Program-made: the position numbers and the translations under genes | Shown here: positions 38,916 through 48,417 of the stretch, piece by piece | Layout of the letters: the number at the start of each line of letters is the position of its first letter | Position numbering within the stretch: position 1 is the stretch's first letter | IMG/VR virus record: IMGVR_UViG_3300010347_003561 | Span: 1 to 64,000 of that record | DNA from: a virus | Lineage: Duplodnaviria > Caudoviricetes | Length of the DNA: 64,000 nt | Reading direction: 5' to 3' (one strand) | Notes under the pieces: generated by a model | Told to the model about the DNA's origin: nothing | Seen by the model: only the letters and a program-made list of their open reading frames with translations | Databases searched by the model: none

Positions 38916-39344
38916 ATGCCTGCGACTAAAACGCGCTTCGCAAGAATCATAGAGGAAATCATCGAGCTTGCGGGCCTAACAGATAAGTTCGACACCAGCG
39001 AACAATTCTATCTAAAAGTGTACAACGACCCATACATGCCCTTGACGATAGAAGCGTTCTACAACTCAGCACTCAACCGGCGAGTAATCTCCGTCGCCCA
39101 TTACTACAAACAGAACGGAGATCTCATACCGGACCCCGACGTAGTAATAACCCCCGAAGGGTATCCAATATCGTACCAGGATTCCTACGGGTATATCGAA
39201 ATAATGTTCCTCCAGCACGGTAATTTTTACGTGCATACCAGCAAGAAAAACAATACTCTCAAGTTTCTTGCCACGTTTGCAAGGAACATAAAGGAACAAG
39301 GCTTCATAGAGGCCGTAAAAAGCGGCCAATTCATAACGAAATAA
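38916..39344 (+). CDS. DUF1249/DUF6908-like protein
   Basis: YMPLTIE...ISVAHYYKQNGDLIPDPDV motif. Confidence 0.6.
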   Translation: MPATKTRFARIIEEIIELAGLTDKFDTSEQFYLKVYNDPYMPLTIEAFYNSALNRRVISVAHYYKQNGDLIPDPDVVITPEGYPISYQDSYGYIEIMFLQHGNFYVHTSKKNNTLKFLATFARNIKEQGFIEAVKSGQFITK

Positions 39345-39355
39345 GGAGGCTCGAA

Positions 39356-40657
39356 ATGGTACAGCCGAATCGGGAAGCGTTGAAGATAATAGACACATTG
39401 AAAAAGAACGGATTTCAGGCCTTCCTCGTTGGAGGCTGCGTCAGAGACATGCTCCTTGAAAGGGAGCCGAAGGATTGGGACATAACGACTTCGGCTACTC
39501 CCGAACAAGTGGAGAAACTCTTCGCAAAGACGATACCGACCGGAATAAAGCACGGCACCATAACCGTCGCTATCGCAGAAGCACTCTTCGAAGTTACAAC
39601 ATTCAGGCAAGACGGAGCATACAGCGACCACAGAAGGCCCAACGAAGTTACTTTCTCGGCGGACATAAAAGACGATCTGTCAAGAAGAGACTTCACAATG
39701 AACGCTATAGCCTATTCGCCATACGAGGGCTTCGTCGATCCATTCGGCGGCGCAAACGACATTCGAAACGGAGTAATAAAGAGTGTCGGAAACGCCGATG
39801 CAAGATTCTGCGAGGACCCACTCAGAATGATGCGGGCCATACGCTTCAAGGCGCAGCTCGGCTTCGAAATAGCAAGCGATACGTTCGAGGCAATAAGCAA
39901 AAACTCCGGCCTTCTTAAATTCATATCGGCCGAGAGAATACGCGACGAGCTGGTCAAAACGCTACTCGCAGCGCCAGAGGCCATACTTGACCTGTTCGAG
40001 ACGAGTCTCATGAGGTTCATAGTTCCAGAAGCGCTCGCCATGGTCGGATTCGACCAGAACAACCCGCACCACAGCATGAACCTCCTCTCTCACACAGCAT
40101 CGGTAATGAAGAATTCACCAAGGAACACCGTCTCTCAAATGGCGGCCTTCCTGCACGATATAGCCAAGCCCTCATCGGCAACCGTCGTTGGCGGCGTGTT
40201 CAGATTCTTCGGGCATGCCGAGGCCGGCGCAAAGATGGCCGACGAGATAATGGCCAGGCTAAAATTCGACAACGCTACGAGAACCGCCGTCGTGAACCTC
40301 GTGCTTCATCACGACAGACAGATTAGCAACAGGACATTGAAGAATATGCTGGCGAAATTCGGAAGCGACTTCGTGCAAAAGCTCATCGACATGAAGAAAT
40401 CTGACGCGCTCGCGCAAAACTTCGCAACCGAAAAGCTCGCGCAGATAGCAATTATCGAAGAGATGCTAGAACAAGCCCTCCAACAGCCGTGCTCGCTCAA
40501 GGAGCTGGCCGTCAACGGACACGACCTGAAAGCGCTGGGAATGAATGGAACAACAATAGGAGAAACACTGAACAAACTGCTCGAAGTGGTACAGGACGAA
40601 CCGGAAATGAACGAGAGGAACACGCTCATGGAACTGGTGAGAAGCTTCGGGTGGTAG
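39356..40657 (+). CDS. cca: CCA tRNA nucleotidyltransferase (class II) with HD domain
   Basis: VGGCVRD...DWD, EVTTFR, RRDFTMNA, EDPLRMMRAIRF, SAERIRDEL, LHDIAKP. Confidence 0.92.
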   Translation: MVQPNREALKIIDTLKKNGFQAFLVGGCVRDMLLEREPKDWDITTSATPEQVEKLFAKTIPTGIKHGTITVAIAEALFEVTTFRQDGAYSDHRRPNEVTFSADIKDDLSRRDFTMNAIAYSPYEGFVDPFGGANDIRNGVIKSVGNADARFCEDPLRMMRAIRFKAQLGFEIASDTFEAISKNSGLLKFISAERIRDELVKTLLAAPEAILDLFETSLMRFIVPEALAMVGFDQNNPHHSMNLLSHTASVMKNSPRNTVSQMAAFLHDIAKPSSATVVGGVFRFFGHAEAGAKMADEIMARLKFDNATRTAVVNLVLHHDRQISNRTLKNMLAKFGSDFVQKLIDMKKSDALAQNFATEKLAQIAIIEEMLEQALQQPCSLKELAVNGHDLKALGMNGTTIGETLNKLLEVVQDEPEMNERNTLMELVRSFGW

Positions 40658-40660
40658 TAG

Positions 40661-40689
40661 GGTTGCGGAATCTTCCACAACCTTTTTTT
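40661..40689 (+). terminator. Intrinsic terminator
   Basis: GGTTG.GGAA-TC-TTCC.CAACC plus T7. Confidence 0.6.
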
Positions 40690-40739
40690 AACAGCCAAAC
40701 GCAAACTTACAATCAAAAAAACGAAGGGAGGTATTTGAA

Positions 40740-41129
40740 ATGACGAAGGTTTTCGACGCAACTTTCATCGCCGACGAAGATACCGCGATAGATTTTGCGG
40801 TGTTGCAGACACCTGCGGTTCCAATCGAATTCGATCCGCCCGCCATGGACGAACCTGTGCTTATGATCTACTGCGAATACTCGAAAGGGCCGCGCACCAC
40901 ACGGCTCGATAGCCCCCACGAGGTAATACTGGCAACGAGAAAAACATTCGACAAGTTACTGAAGAAGTACGACGCGGCCGATCACGCGGCGTTGAGCATC
41001 ACCATCGAACTCGGGAACCTTATAGATGCCAGAGTTTTCGAGGAAGAGTTCAGACCTTCCCTCGAAAAGAGGAAAGCAGGCATAACGACAGTAGGACAGG
41101 CGATATACGTCAACGCAGAAAAGGGGTGA
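40740..41129 (+). CDS. Hypothetical protein
   Basis: GGGAGG RBS. Confidence 0.55.
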   Translation: MTKVFDATFIADEDTAIDFAVLQTPAVPIEFDPPAMDEPVLMIYCEYSKGPRTTRLDSPHEVILATRKTFDKLLKKYDAADHAALSITIELGNLIDARVFEEEFRPSLEKRKAGITTVGQAIYVNAEKG

Positions 41130-41536
41130 AGCCAGTGGAAATGAAAAGGCTTGCTATCGCGCGCTTCTTCGGAAGGAAACGCGACGAGAGAGATATTGAG
41201 ATCTTCTCCAGCAACGATATCCAAAAGATAGGCGAGACGGTGAAGACGATAATTCGCCCGAATGAAAACTCATATCTAACACAGGTCGATAGGATACGTA
41301 CCCTCCAAGGCGACAAAACGAAAGACTTCCAGATAGTACACGTCTTCCGTGCCTACCAGCAGATGAACAACATGGGAAAGATAGTCGAAACCGTCGATGA
41401 CGTCCCACTCTACAACGTCGTCGTTGACCTGAATCCGGACGTTCCCATGATTGACCCAAACGAGAGGAGGACCGCAGTTGAAAGTAGTAACGATCCTGGG
41501 GAAGGAAAACTGCCAACGTTGCCAAGAAGTTCGTGA
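41126..41536 (+). CDS. Hypothetical protein
   Basis: GTGA-coupled to the upstream gene; 3' end overlaps the next ORF. Confidence 0.45.
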   Translation: MKPVEMKRLAIARFFGRKRDERDIEIFSSNDIQKIGETVKTIIRPNENSYLTQVDRIRTLQGDKTKDFQIVHVFRAYQQMNNMGKIVETVDDVPLYNVVVDLNPDVPMIDPNERRTAVESSNDPGEGKLPTLPRSS

Positions 41537-41681
41537 GAAATACGGGAACGAGCCCGACACCACGGTAGTTTACATCGAGTTCGCAACTCTGCCGCTAGTA
41601 ACTCGACGGAAAATAACCGGCTATTTCAGATCGCAAGGAAGAGAATTCGAATATCCCCTCGTGATAGAGGGAAAAATCTGA
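41478..41681 (+). CDS. Glutaredoxin-like CxxC protein
   Basis: GAGGAGG RBS, TTG start; VTILGKENCQRC...YPLVI. Confidence 0.6.
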   Translation: MKVVTILGKENCQRCQEVREKYGNEPDTTVVYIEFATLPLVTRRKITGYFRSQGREFEYPLVIEGKI

Positions 41682-41724
41682 GGGCGGTCGAAAGGCCGCC
41701 ATTCAATTTGAAGGGAGAGAAAAA

Positions 41725-42813
41725 ATGAATATACTGGCAAAGATGTTTGTAAAAACGCTTCCTATCTTTGTATTACTCACCAAACAAGCAGTAAGACCGA
41801 TCCTGGAATGCCTGCGTATCTACTCAAACATCGAAGGAGTCTTCGCCGAAGCAACTGATCTCGAAACCGTTGTGCGCATAAGATTGACAGACGAATTCGA
41901 TCTGCAGGAAAATTCGTCGATACTCGTAAACACGCAGGAATTGAAGAGAATACTCTCGCTCTACAAAGGACTACCGAAATACATAAACGTAACTTGCGAC
42001 TTTCAGGTAGTTACTGTCAAGATCGACGATAAAAAACTCTTCAGGCTGAGCAACATACCGCGCGATGAATTCCCGAACCTGAACTACGAGCCGCTCAATC
42101 GAACACTCACGGTCTCCAGCGATGAATTCTTCGACGGGTTGAAAAGGGTCTTGCCATACGTCGAACCTCTAGACCGGTACGGTATGCACAACGTCTCTCT
42201 GGAAAACGACGGAGACACGCTTCAGATAGTAGGTACCGACAGCAGCAGGCTCGCGATCGCCAAGGCCGGTTGCGAAGGCTCTATAGACTGCCGTATAAGC
42301 AAAGAAGCAGTCGAGATCCTCATGAAAGCGCGAGAGCATTTCGGCGAAACGCAGATAACCATATACGAAAGCGAAAAACGCATCGCTTTTCAAACGCCGA
42401 ACATCTTCATCTCTACTCTTAAGCGCAACGAAATCTTTCCAGACTGGCGAAAGGTTATGCCCAAGCATATGAACACTCTAGTAACTTTCGACAGAAGCTC
42501 GTTGCTCGAAGGCCTCGAGCGCGCGAAGGCCATGACTAAGGAAACTTACCAGAAGGTGATCTTCGAAATAAACAGCGATATCGTGAAATTGATCTGCGCG
42601 GACAGCCTCGGAGAAATGGAGGAAGAACCTTGCGATTACGGTATCGTCAGGTTCAAAGATCCGATAAAGGTATGCGTAAACCCTTCCTACATAATAGACG
42701 CATTGAAGGGAAGCCACGCTATAACCGTCGATATAGAATTCGAAGCGAAGAGCGAACCGATATTGATATCCGAAAACCGTTTCACAAGCCTCATCATGCC
42801 GATAAACATATAG
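41725..42813 (+). CDS. dnaN: DNA polymerase III beta sliding clamp
   Basis: RPIL, ATDLE, EFP, GTDSSRLA, FPDWRKVMP, NPSYIIDAL, LIMPI; 362 aa. Confidence 0.88.
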   Translation: MNILAKMFVKTLPIFVLLTKQAVRPILECLRIYSNIEGVFAEATDLETVVRIRLTDEFDLQENSSILVNTQELKRILSLYKGLPKYINVTCDFQVVTVKIDDKKLFRLSNIPRDEFPNLNYEPLNRTLTVSSDEFFDGLKRVLPYVEPLDRYGMHNVSLENDGDTLQIVGTDSSRLAIAKAGCEGSIDCRISKEAVEILMKAREHFGETQITIYESEKRIAFQTPNIFISTLKRNEIFPDWRKVMPKHMNTLVTFDRSSLLEGLERAKAMTKETYQKVIFEINSDIVKLICADSLGEMEEEPCDYGIVRFKDPIKVCVNPSYIIDALKGSHAITVDIEFEAKSEPILISENRFTSLIMPINI

Positions 42814-43011
42814 GACTCCCGAGAGGGAGTTCTGCTTTTTCCGGCAAGCGCAAACCATAAAACTGATTCTCGATAGCAAGTAGGCGATTTCAATACATAA
42901 TCGGCAAAGTCCATCTACGAAATTTATGGTATTCTCTTATTGGTTTTGCCGATTCAATTCTTACAGATTTAATACTCATCTTACGGATTTCTACATACTT
43001 GGAGGGATATT

Positions 43012-43896
43012 GTGGAGGAAAAAATGTCAATTATCGATCACGAGAGCTTCATAGACATTGGTTATGAAAGAACCTGCGAATGTAAACCGACGAATATAAA
43101 TTGCTTGGAAGCTAAAGAATGGCTTAAATGTCAGCTGGGAGTATGGCAAGTCTCATATGAAGGACGGGATATAAGGGACAAAGAAGTTCACCCTGCGACG
43201 TTTCCAATACAATTGGCTAAAAAAGTAATTTCGTTGTTCACTCACAGAGGCGAATTGGTGGTAGATCCTTTCGCAGGGAGCGGCACAACGCTCGTTGCGG
43301 CACAGGACTTGGACAGAAATGCCGTAGGATTCGATCTCCAGGAGAAGTACGTTCAGTTATCTAATCAACGGGTACAAACAACTACCCTATTCTCGTCAGC
43401 AAAGCAGATCGCAATAGCAGACGATGCCAGGAACATTCCCAAATATTTCAGACCGGATTCAGTAAGCTTAATATGGACGTCTCCGCCTTACGCGAATTTG
43501 CTTAATCGAAAGCGCAAGAATAAATCTCGACGCGAACGAGATAATGGTCAACTAGAAAAAGTGGAACAGTATTCGCAAGACTCCAGAGATCTAGGCACAA
43601 TGCCGATCGAAGAATACACAAAACATATCGGAGATATCTTCGAAAACCTTTTGACTATCTTGAAACCAAAAGGTCATTGCGTGATTAACGTACCGGATAT
43701 GTGGTGGGAGAACGAGCGAATAACAATACATATCAACGTTGTAGAAGAATTGCGAAAGAGAGGTTATGAACTGAGAAACATAATCATCTGGGACAGAACC
43801 AACGTCGTCAATAGAATAGGAATCTTCGGCTGGCCTTCTAACTACATCACTATGGGTGTAACGTTCGAATATCTTCTCGATTTCTGGAAACCTTAA
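43012..43896 (+). CDS. DNA amino-methyltransferase (likely m4C), cognate of the adjacent endonuclease
   Basis: HPATFP, DPFAGSGTT, TSPPY. Confidence 0.85.
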   Translation: MEEKMSIIDHESFIDIGYERTCECKPTNINCLEAKEWLKCQLGVWQVSYEGRDIRDKEVHPATFPIQLAKKVISLFTHRGELVVDPFAGSGTTLVAAQDLDRNAVGFDLQEKYVQLSNQRVQTTTLFSSAKQIAIADDARNIPKYFRPDSVSLIWTSPPYANLLNRKRKNKSRRERDNGQLEKVEQYSQDSRDLGTMPIEEYTKHIGDIFENLLTILKPKGHCVINVPDMWWENERITIHINVVEELRKRGYELRNIIIWDRTNVVNRIGIFGWPSNYITMGVTFEYLLDFWKP

Positions 43897-43913
43897 AAGA
43901 TAGGAGGGGTATA

Positions 43914-44681
43914 GTGGAAATGTACACAAAAGATTCTTTGATCGCTCGATTAAGAGAAATACGAGAATTGGGCTGGATCGAAAACAGAAGGGCAGGCAAT
44001 TCCGGCGGAGTGGGAAATACGCTCGAAGATCTTCTCGGAATCGAAGAGAACAATCTTCCGATTCCTAATGCGGCAGAATGGGAATTGAAATGCCAGCGAT
44101 CAGACACAACATCGCTATTGACGCTGTTTCACATGGAACCATCACCAAGGGCATTTAGATGGGTTCCTTCGGTCCTTCTCAAGCTTTATGGATGGCCGCA
44201 CGAAACAGAAAACGAAAACAGTTTTCGCCAGACAATTACCGGCACAGCAAGAAGCGACCGGGGTTTCCAAGTCGTAGTGGACAGGAACGAAAGAAAGATC
44301 CTTATATCATTCGACAGCAATTCGATCGCTAGTCACCACGACGATTGGAAAGCATCTGTCTTAAAACGTGCAGGTACTCTCGCAGAATTAGACCCGAAAC
44401 CGTACTGGGGTTTCGACGATGTGTTTCACAAAGCCGGTACCAAGCTTCATAACTGCTTCTACATAATCGCAGATGCGAAAACAGAAAAAGGGAAGCTTCA
44501 TTTTGCCTATAACAAAATTTTGATGCTCAAGAAATTTGATTTAGAAGGATTCCTGAATGGAATCGAAGAAGGACATATCTATGTTGACTTCGACGCAAAA
44601 ACAACCCACAACCATGGAACGAAGTTTCGAATAAGGCCTTCGGCTTTTCCGTTACTGTACGACGAAGTAGTGGAAATCTAA
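43914..44681 (+). CDS. MvaI/BcnI-family restriction endonuclease
   Basis: GGVGNTLEDLLGIEENN...ELK...LTLF..EP...HNHGTKFRI signature. Confidence 0.85.
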   Translation: MEMYTKDSLIARLREIRELGWIENRRAGNSGGVGNTLEDLLGIEENNLPIPNAAEWELKCQRSDTTSLLTLFHMEPSPRAFRWVPSVLLKLYGWPHETENENSFRQTITGTARSDRGFQVVVDRNERKILISFDSNSIASHHDDWKASVLKRAGTLAELDPKPYWGFDDVFHKAGTKLHNCFYIIADAKTEKGKLHFAYNKILMLKKFDLEGFLNGIEEGHIYVDFDAKTTHNHGTKFRIRPSAFPLLYDEVVEI

Positions 44682-44702
44682 CAAAACTCAAGCAAACATG
44701 CG

Positions 44703-44726
44703 AACCGCCCTTCGGGGCGGTTTTTT
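44703..44726 (+). terminator. Intrinsic terminator
   Basis: CCGCCC-TTCG-GGGCGG plus T6. Confidence 0.8.
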
Positions 44727-44773
44727 ATTACTCCAATGCGTTGAGAAAATCATTCGAGAATTGAGGTGAAAAA

Positions 44774-45376
44774 ATGAGACAGGTAACTTCTAACGTCTAT
44801 ACGTTGGACGAACTGGACGAAAAAGCGAAAGAAAAAGCAATGTGCGTGATAAACGACATGTTGTGGGATAACCTGAACGATTACAACGACGAATTAGAAG
44901 CACGACTGAAAGATCTCCTGCGCGATAAAGGCTACGACGGAAAGATGGAATTCCATTGGGAATGGAACGGCTCTACAGTGTTCGCAAACTTTTCCGTCGA
45001 AACTACGTGCACAGATTGGATTTCACTCCACAGGGACAGGCTCGACTGGAAAGCGAACACGATATTCGACAAATTCGCCGCCGAACACGATATCGAAATA
45101 AGAATCAAGAAAAGCCACAACATCTTCGTGGAAATAGACGAGCTGTCCGACGAGGAAATGGACGATTGGGTATATCTGAACCGCACAATTCACGACGTGG
45201 TGAACAAAGATGCCCGGGAGATTACCCAGCGCATGTGCGAGATCGTGGATTGCCATTACGAAAACATCGTGAGCGACGAAGCGGCGATCAGCTACGCCGA
45301 GTTGAACAAACTCGAATTCTACAACGACGGTACGATCTACGACGGCAGTTCTTACGAAAAGGAGGCAACCGTATGA
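44774..45376 (+). CDS. Acidic conserved hypothetical protein
   Basis: VYTLDELDEKAKEKA...SDEA......EFYNDG pattern recalled from phage/plasmid proteins. Confidence 0.6.
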   Translation: MRQVTSNVYTLDELDEKAKEKAMCVINDMLWDNLNDYNDELEARLKDLLRDKGYDGKMEFHWEWNGSTVFANFSVETTCTDWISLHRDRLDWKANTIFDKFAAEHDIEIRIKKSHNIFVEIDELSDEEMDDWVYLNRTIHDVVNKDAREITQRMCEIVDCHYENIVSDEAAISYAELNKLEFYNDGTIYDGSSYEKEATV

Positions 45377-45837
45377 AAAGAATATTCTACAGGCAAGACA
45401 TTGTAGTGGATTCGGAGGATAGCAACACGCTACTCCTTCTGAAGGATACCAATTGCAAATACCTCGTCGATGATTGGAGCCTCGAAGGTTTCCAGTCCGG
45501 CGTTCTGTGTGACAAACTAGCAGTCGATTTCAGCAATGATCTTGTCTTCAAAAGAGACGGCGAGGCAATTTTCGAACTCGAACACAGGATTGACGGCGAG
45601 CCTTTCCACATCGGAGAGTTCAGCACCGACCCGCGGGAAGTCTTCGACGAGGAATCGTTGAACTACTTCGATTCTCTCTTCGAAGGGCAAAGCATGCCGA
45701 CGGATTTCCTCACCGCGGTGGAAAGGGAGAACCTTCTAAGGTATTGCATGTTCGCAAACGGCCAGTTCAACGTGAGAGTTATAACCGGCAGAAAGTGCCG
45801 ACTTCTGAAAGACAATGAAATAGCGGCATTGCTTTAG
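45373..45837 (+). CDS. Hypothetical protein
   Basis: GGAGG RBS before ATG 45373; the track's upstream extension overlaps the previous gene. Confidence 0.55.
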   Translation: MKRIFYRQDIVVDSEDSNTLLLLKDTNCKYLVDDWSLEGFQSGVLCDKLAVDFSNDLVFKRDGEAIFELEHRIDGEPFHIGEFSTDPREVFDEESLNYFDSLFEGQSMPTDFLTAVERENLLRYCMFANGQFNVRVITGRKCRLLKDNEIAALL

Positions 45838-45847
45838 GAGGCGCAAC

Positions 45848-46636
45848 ATGGACATACGAGAAGCGACGGAAAGGCTCGAGGCAGCCTTTCATAAATGGAT
45901 AGATTCCGACGATTTCAGGAAAATCGAGAAGTGCATGAGACTCTTCCACAACTATTCCTTCTTCAACATCGTTCTTATCCTTTTCCAGAAACCAGACGCC
46001 ACTAGAGTCGCCGGATTCAACACGTGGAAGAAACTGAACAGGTACGTGAAAAAGGGAGAGAAAGGAATAGCTATATTGGCGCCCACCACACGAAAGCGAA
46101 CCGCAATCAACGACAAAGGCGATGAAGAGACAATAACATACATAAGCGGATTCAAAGCAACTTACGTCTTCGACGTCAGCCAGACCGAAGGACAGGAATT
46201 GCCGTCCGTAAGCGAAATTCGGATAAAAGACGAATACGAAGGATTTCAAACAATCGCGCGAACCGTGAAGGATATGGGCTACGAAATACTGTTCTACGAC
46301 GGAGAAAGCACCATGAAAGGCTTCACGAAGAAAGGCACCAAGGCCATCTACGTACACGAGGAAGAGACCACCGGCCAGAAGTCAAGCACGATAGTACACG
46401 AATGGGCGCATCTCCAGCTCGGAAACGAACTGGAACGCGCCGACGAAGAGATAGTCGTACAGACCGCTTCGTACTTCATAATGGCCTCCCTCGGATTCGA
46501 CACGTCCTGGTACACGGCACAGTACGTTCAGAACTGGTCGCGCAGCAAGAAATGGGCCGATGTTTCCAGACTCTTCGCCATCTCCGACAGACTATGCAAG
46601 AAATTCCTGCAAGAATCCGAAGCGATAGCCGCATAG
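45848..46636 (+). CDS. ArdC-like ssDNA-binding protein with zincin (HExxH) domain
   Basis: FHNYSFFN..LI..QKP.AT.VAGF..WK.L.R.VKKGEKGI.ILAP; HEWAH. Confidence 0.8.
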   Translation: MDIREATERLEAAFHKWIDSDDFRKIEKCMRLFHNYSFFNIVLILFQKPDATRVAGFNTWKKLNRYVKKGEKGIAILAPTTRKRTAINDKGDEETITYISGFKATYVFDVSQTEGQELPSVSEIRIKDEYEGFQTIARTVKDMGYEILFYDGESTMKGFTKKGTKAIYVHEEETTGQKSSTIVHEWAHLQLGNELERADEEIVVQTASYFIMASLGFDTSWYTAQYVQNWSRSKKWADVSRLFAISDRLCKKFLQESEAIAA

Positions 46637-46691
46637 CATTTTTATCCCGGCAACGACACTTCACAATCGAAAAGACAAAGGAGGCTTTACA

Positions 46692-47306
46692 ATGTATATC
46701 TCAATAAGGGAAAAGAACAAGGTCACTATAACGGACGAAAACTTCACGGTTTACTGCTCGATACCGAACTACGAAAACAAGAGCAGGAAGACGATCACCG
46801 ACGAGATAAAGCTTGCGTATTCTCGCGCTAAAGCAATAGCAGACGAGAAATACGCGAAATATATAGAACTCGGCGGCAAAAGAGAATTCGCGCTGCTCGA
46901 CTTCGTTATGTCCGTACTCTCAGAAGATAGGTACTGCTACCCGCCGAACATGGCCGTTTATATCGACGGCAACGAGGATAATTCCTTCCGCTCGAACGGC
47001 AGAGAACCGTACAGATTGAGAATCGCCTGCGCCGGCCATTACCTAATGTACACCATAACGGCCCTGAAGAGCGAAACGCTTTACTACGATCTCGGAACCG
47101 TCGAGAACATGATCGACATGTACATAGATCTATCGACGGGAAGAAAAGATCCGAGAGACTTCTTCAAGGTCGAAACTATCAGCTTGAAGGAGAAGAACAC
47201 GGTGTACGTGAACTGTTCGCACAACCTGGACACGTTGCTTAAACTGACAGTGGATATCAACGCGTCGAATCTACCGCTCACAAGGGTCTTTGAGCAATCC
47301 GTATGA
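46692..47306 (+). CDS. Hypothetical protein
   Basis: AGGAGG RBS. Confidence 0.55.
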   Translation: MYISIREKNKVTITDENFTVYCSIPNYENKSRKTITDEIKLAYSRAKAIADEKYAKYIELGGKREFALLDFVMSVLSEDRYCYPPNMAVYIDGNEDNSFRSNGREPYRLRIACAGHYLMYTITALKSETLYYDLGTVENMIDMYIDLSTGRKDPRDFFKVETISLKEKNTVYVNCSHNLDTLLKLTVDINASNLPLTRVFEQSV

Positions 47307-48022
47307 AGAATACGAAGATAGAATGGACGGACGAAACGTGGAACCCAATATCCGGCTGCAGTAAGATAAGCGCCGGTTGCGACAACTGCTACGCCGCAAG
47401 AATAGCCGAAAGGTTCCGCGGTACGAAGGCATACCCTGACGGTTTTGAAGTAACTATAAAACCTTCCGAGCTGTTCGGAAAGCGATGGAGACAGCCGAAA
47501 AGCGTCTTCGTCTGCTCCATGGGGGACTTGTTTCATGAAAAAGTCCCGTACGACGTTATAGGCAAGATTTACGAAACGATGTTGGACAATCAGCACTGTA
47601 CCTTCTACGTCCTCACGAAGAGGCCAGGCAAGCTGCTCCGTGCGTTAGAAAAAGGGTACGTGTCGCAAACCGGATTCATATGGCACGGCGTTTCCGTCGA
47701 AAACCAGCAGACCGCCGACACCAGGCTGAACGTGTTGACGAAGATGCGATACAGCCCGCTGTTCGTATCCATCGAGCCAATGTTAGGGCCGGTCGATTTG
47801 ACACCGTGGATCTCGAAATTGAATTGGGTCATTCTAGGTGGCGAAACCGGCCCGGGCGCAAGAGCTGTCCGCGAAGAATGGATAGCCGACGTGAAAAACC
47901 TGTGCGTGGAAAACAACGTGCCGTTCTTCTTCAAGAAGTGGGGAAGCGCGGCAAAACGGAAGGACAGACTCTTCGAAGGAAAAGAGTGGAACGAGATACC
48001 GCGAAAGGAGGATAGACCATGA
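47303..48022 (+). CDS. DUF5131 (phage Gp37/Gp68) radical-SAM-like protein
   Basis: TKIEWTDETWNP..GC.KIS.GC.NCYA, SMGDLFH, LTKRP, WVILGGETG, PFFFK.WG. Confidence 0.88.
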   Translation: MKNTKIEWTDETWNPISGCSKISAGCDNCYAARIAERFRGTKAYPDGFEVTIKPSELFGKRWRQPKSVFVCSMGDLFHEKVPYDVIGKIYETMLDNQHCTFYVLTKRPGKLLRALEKGYVSQTGFIWHGVSVENQQTADTRLNVLTKMRYSPLFVSIEPMLGPVDLTPWISKLNWVILGGETGPGARAVREEWIADVKNLCVENNVPFFFKKWGSAAKRKDRLFEGKEWNEIPRKEDRP

Positions 48023-48354
48023 ATTACGTCGTACAGATGCGAGGCAGCACCGTAGTTCCGTTCATGGTGCCTCTCGAGACCGCCAACCTGAAACAGGCGA
48101 TACGGGATTTCAACTACATAGTTAAAGATGTCCGATCAAGAAAGACAGATGGGAAGAAAACCATCAGCCTTTACAGAACGAACCAAGATTTCGTTGATGA
48201 CACTTCCGAACTCGTCCGCTCGGTCAACGTGGGCAGAGACAGGAAGGGAATGAATACAAGAGTTCACTTGATCTGGATCGGGTGTAAACCGGACAAGCGC
48301 TACGAGTATCCGAAGGAGTACGGCGAATACTCGGATATCGGCTTCGAGGAGTAG
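48019..48354 (+). CDS. Hypothetical protein
   Basis: AGGAGG RBS; coupled to the upstream gene. Confidence 0.5.
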   Translation: MNYVVQMRGSTVVPFMVPLETANLKQAIRDFNYIVKDVRSRKTDGKKTISLYRTNQDFVDDTSELVRSVNVGRDRKGMNTRVHLIWIGCKPDKRYEYPKEYGEYSDIGFEE

Positions 48355-48417
48355 TTGGTTCGTAATTTCATACAAAAAGGGAGGTAGTTGCCCCTCGAAG
48401 AGGGAGCTGCGAATGTG

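Noticed and set aside
44667-44686. GTAGTGGAAATCTAACAAAA as an early motif copy
   Set aside because: It encodes the last codons (VVEI-stop) of the endonuclease and is followed by a terminator; probably coincidental.
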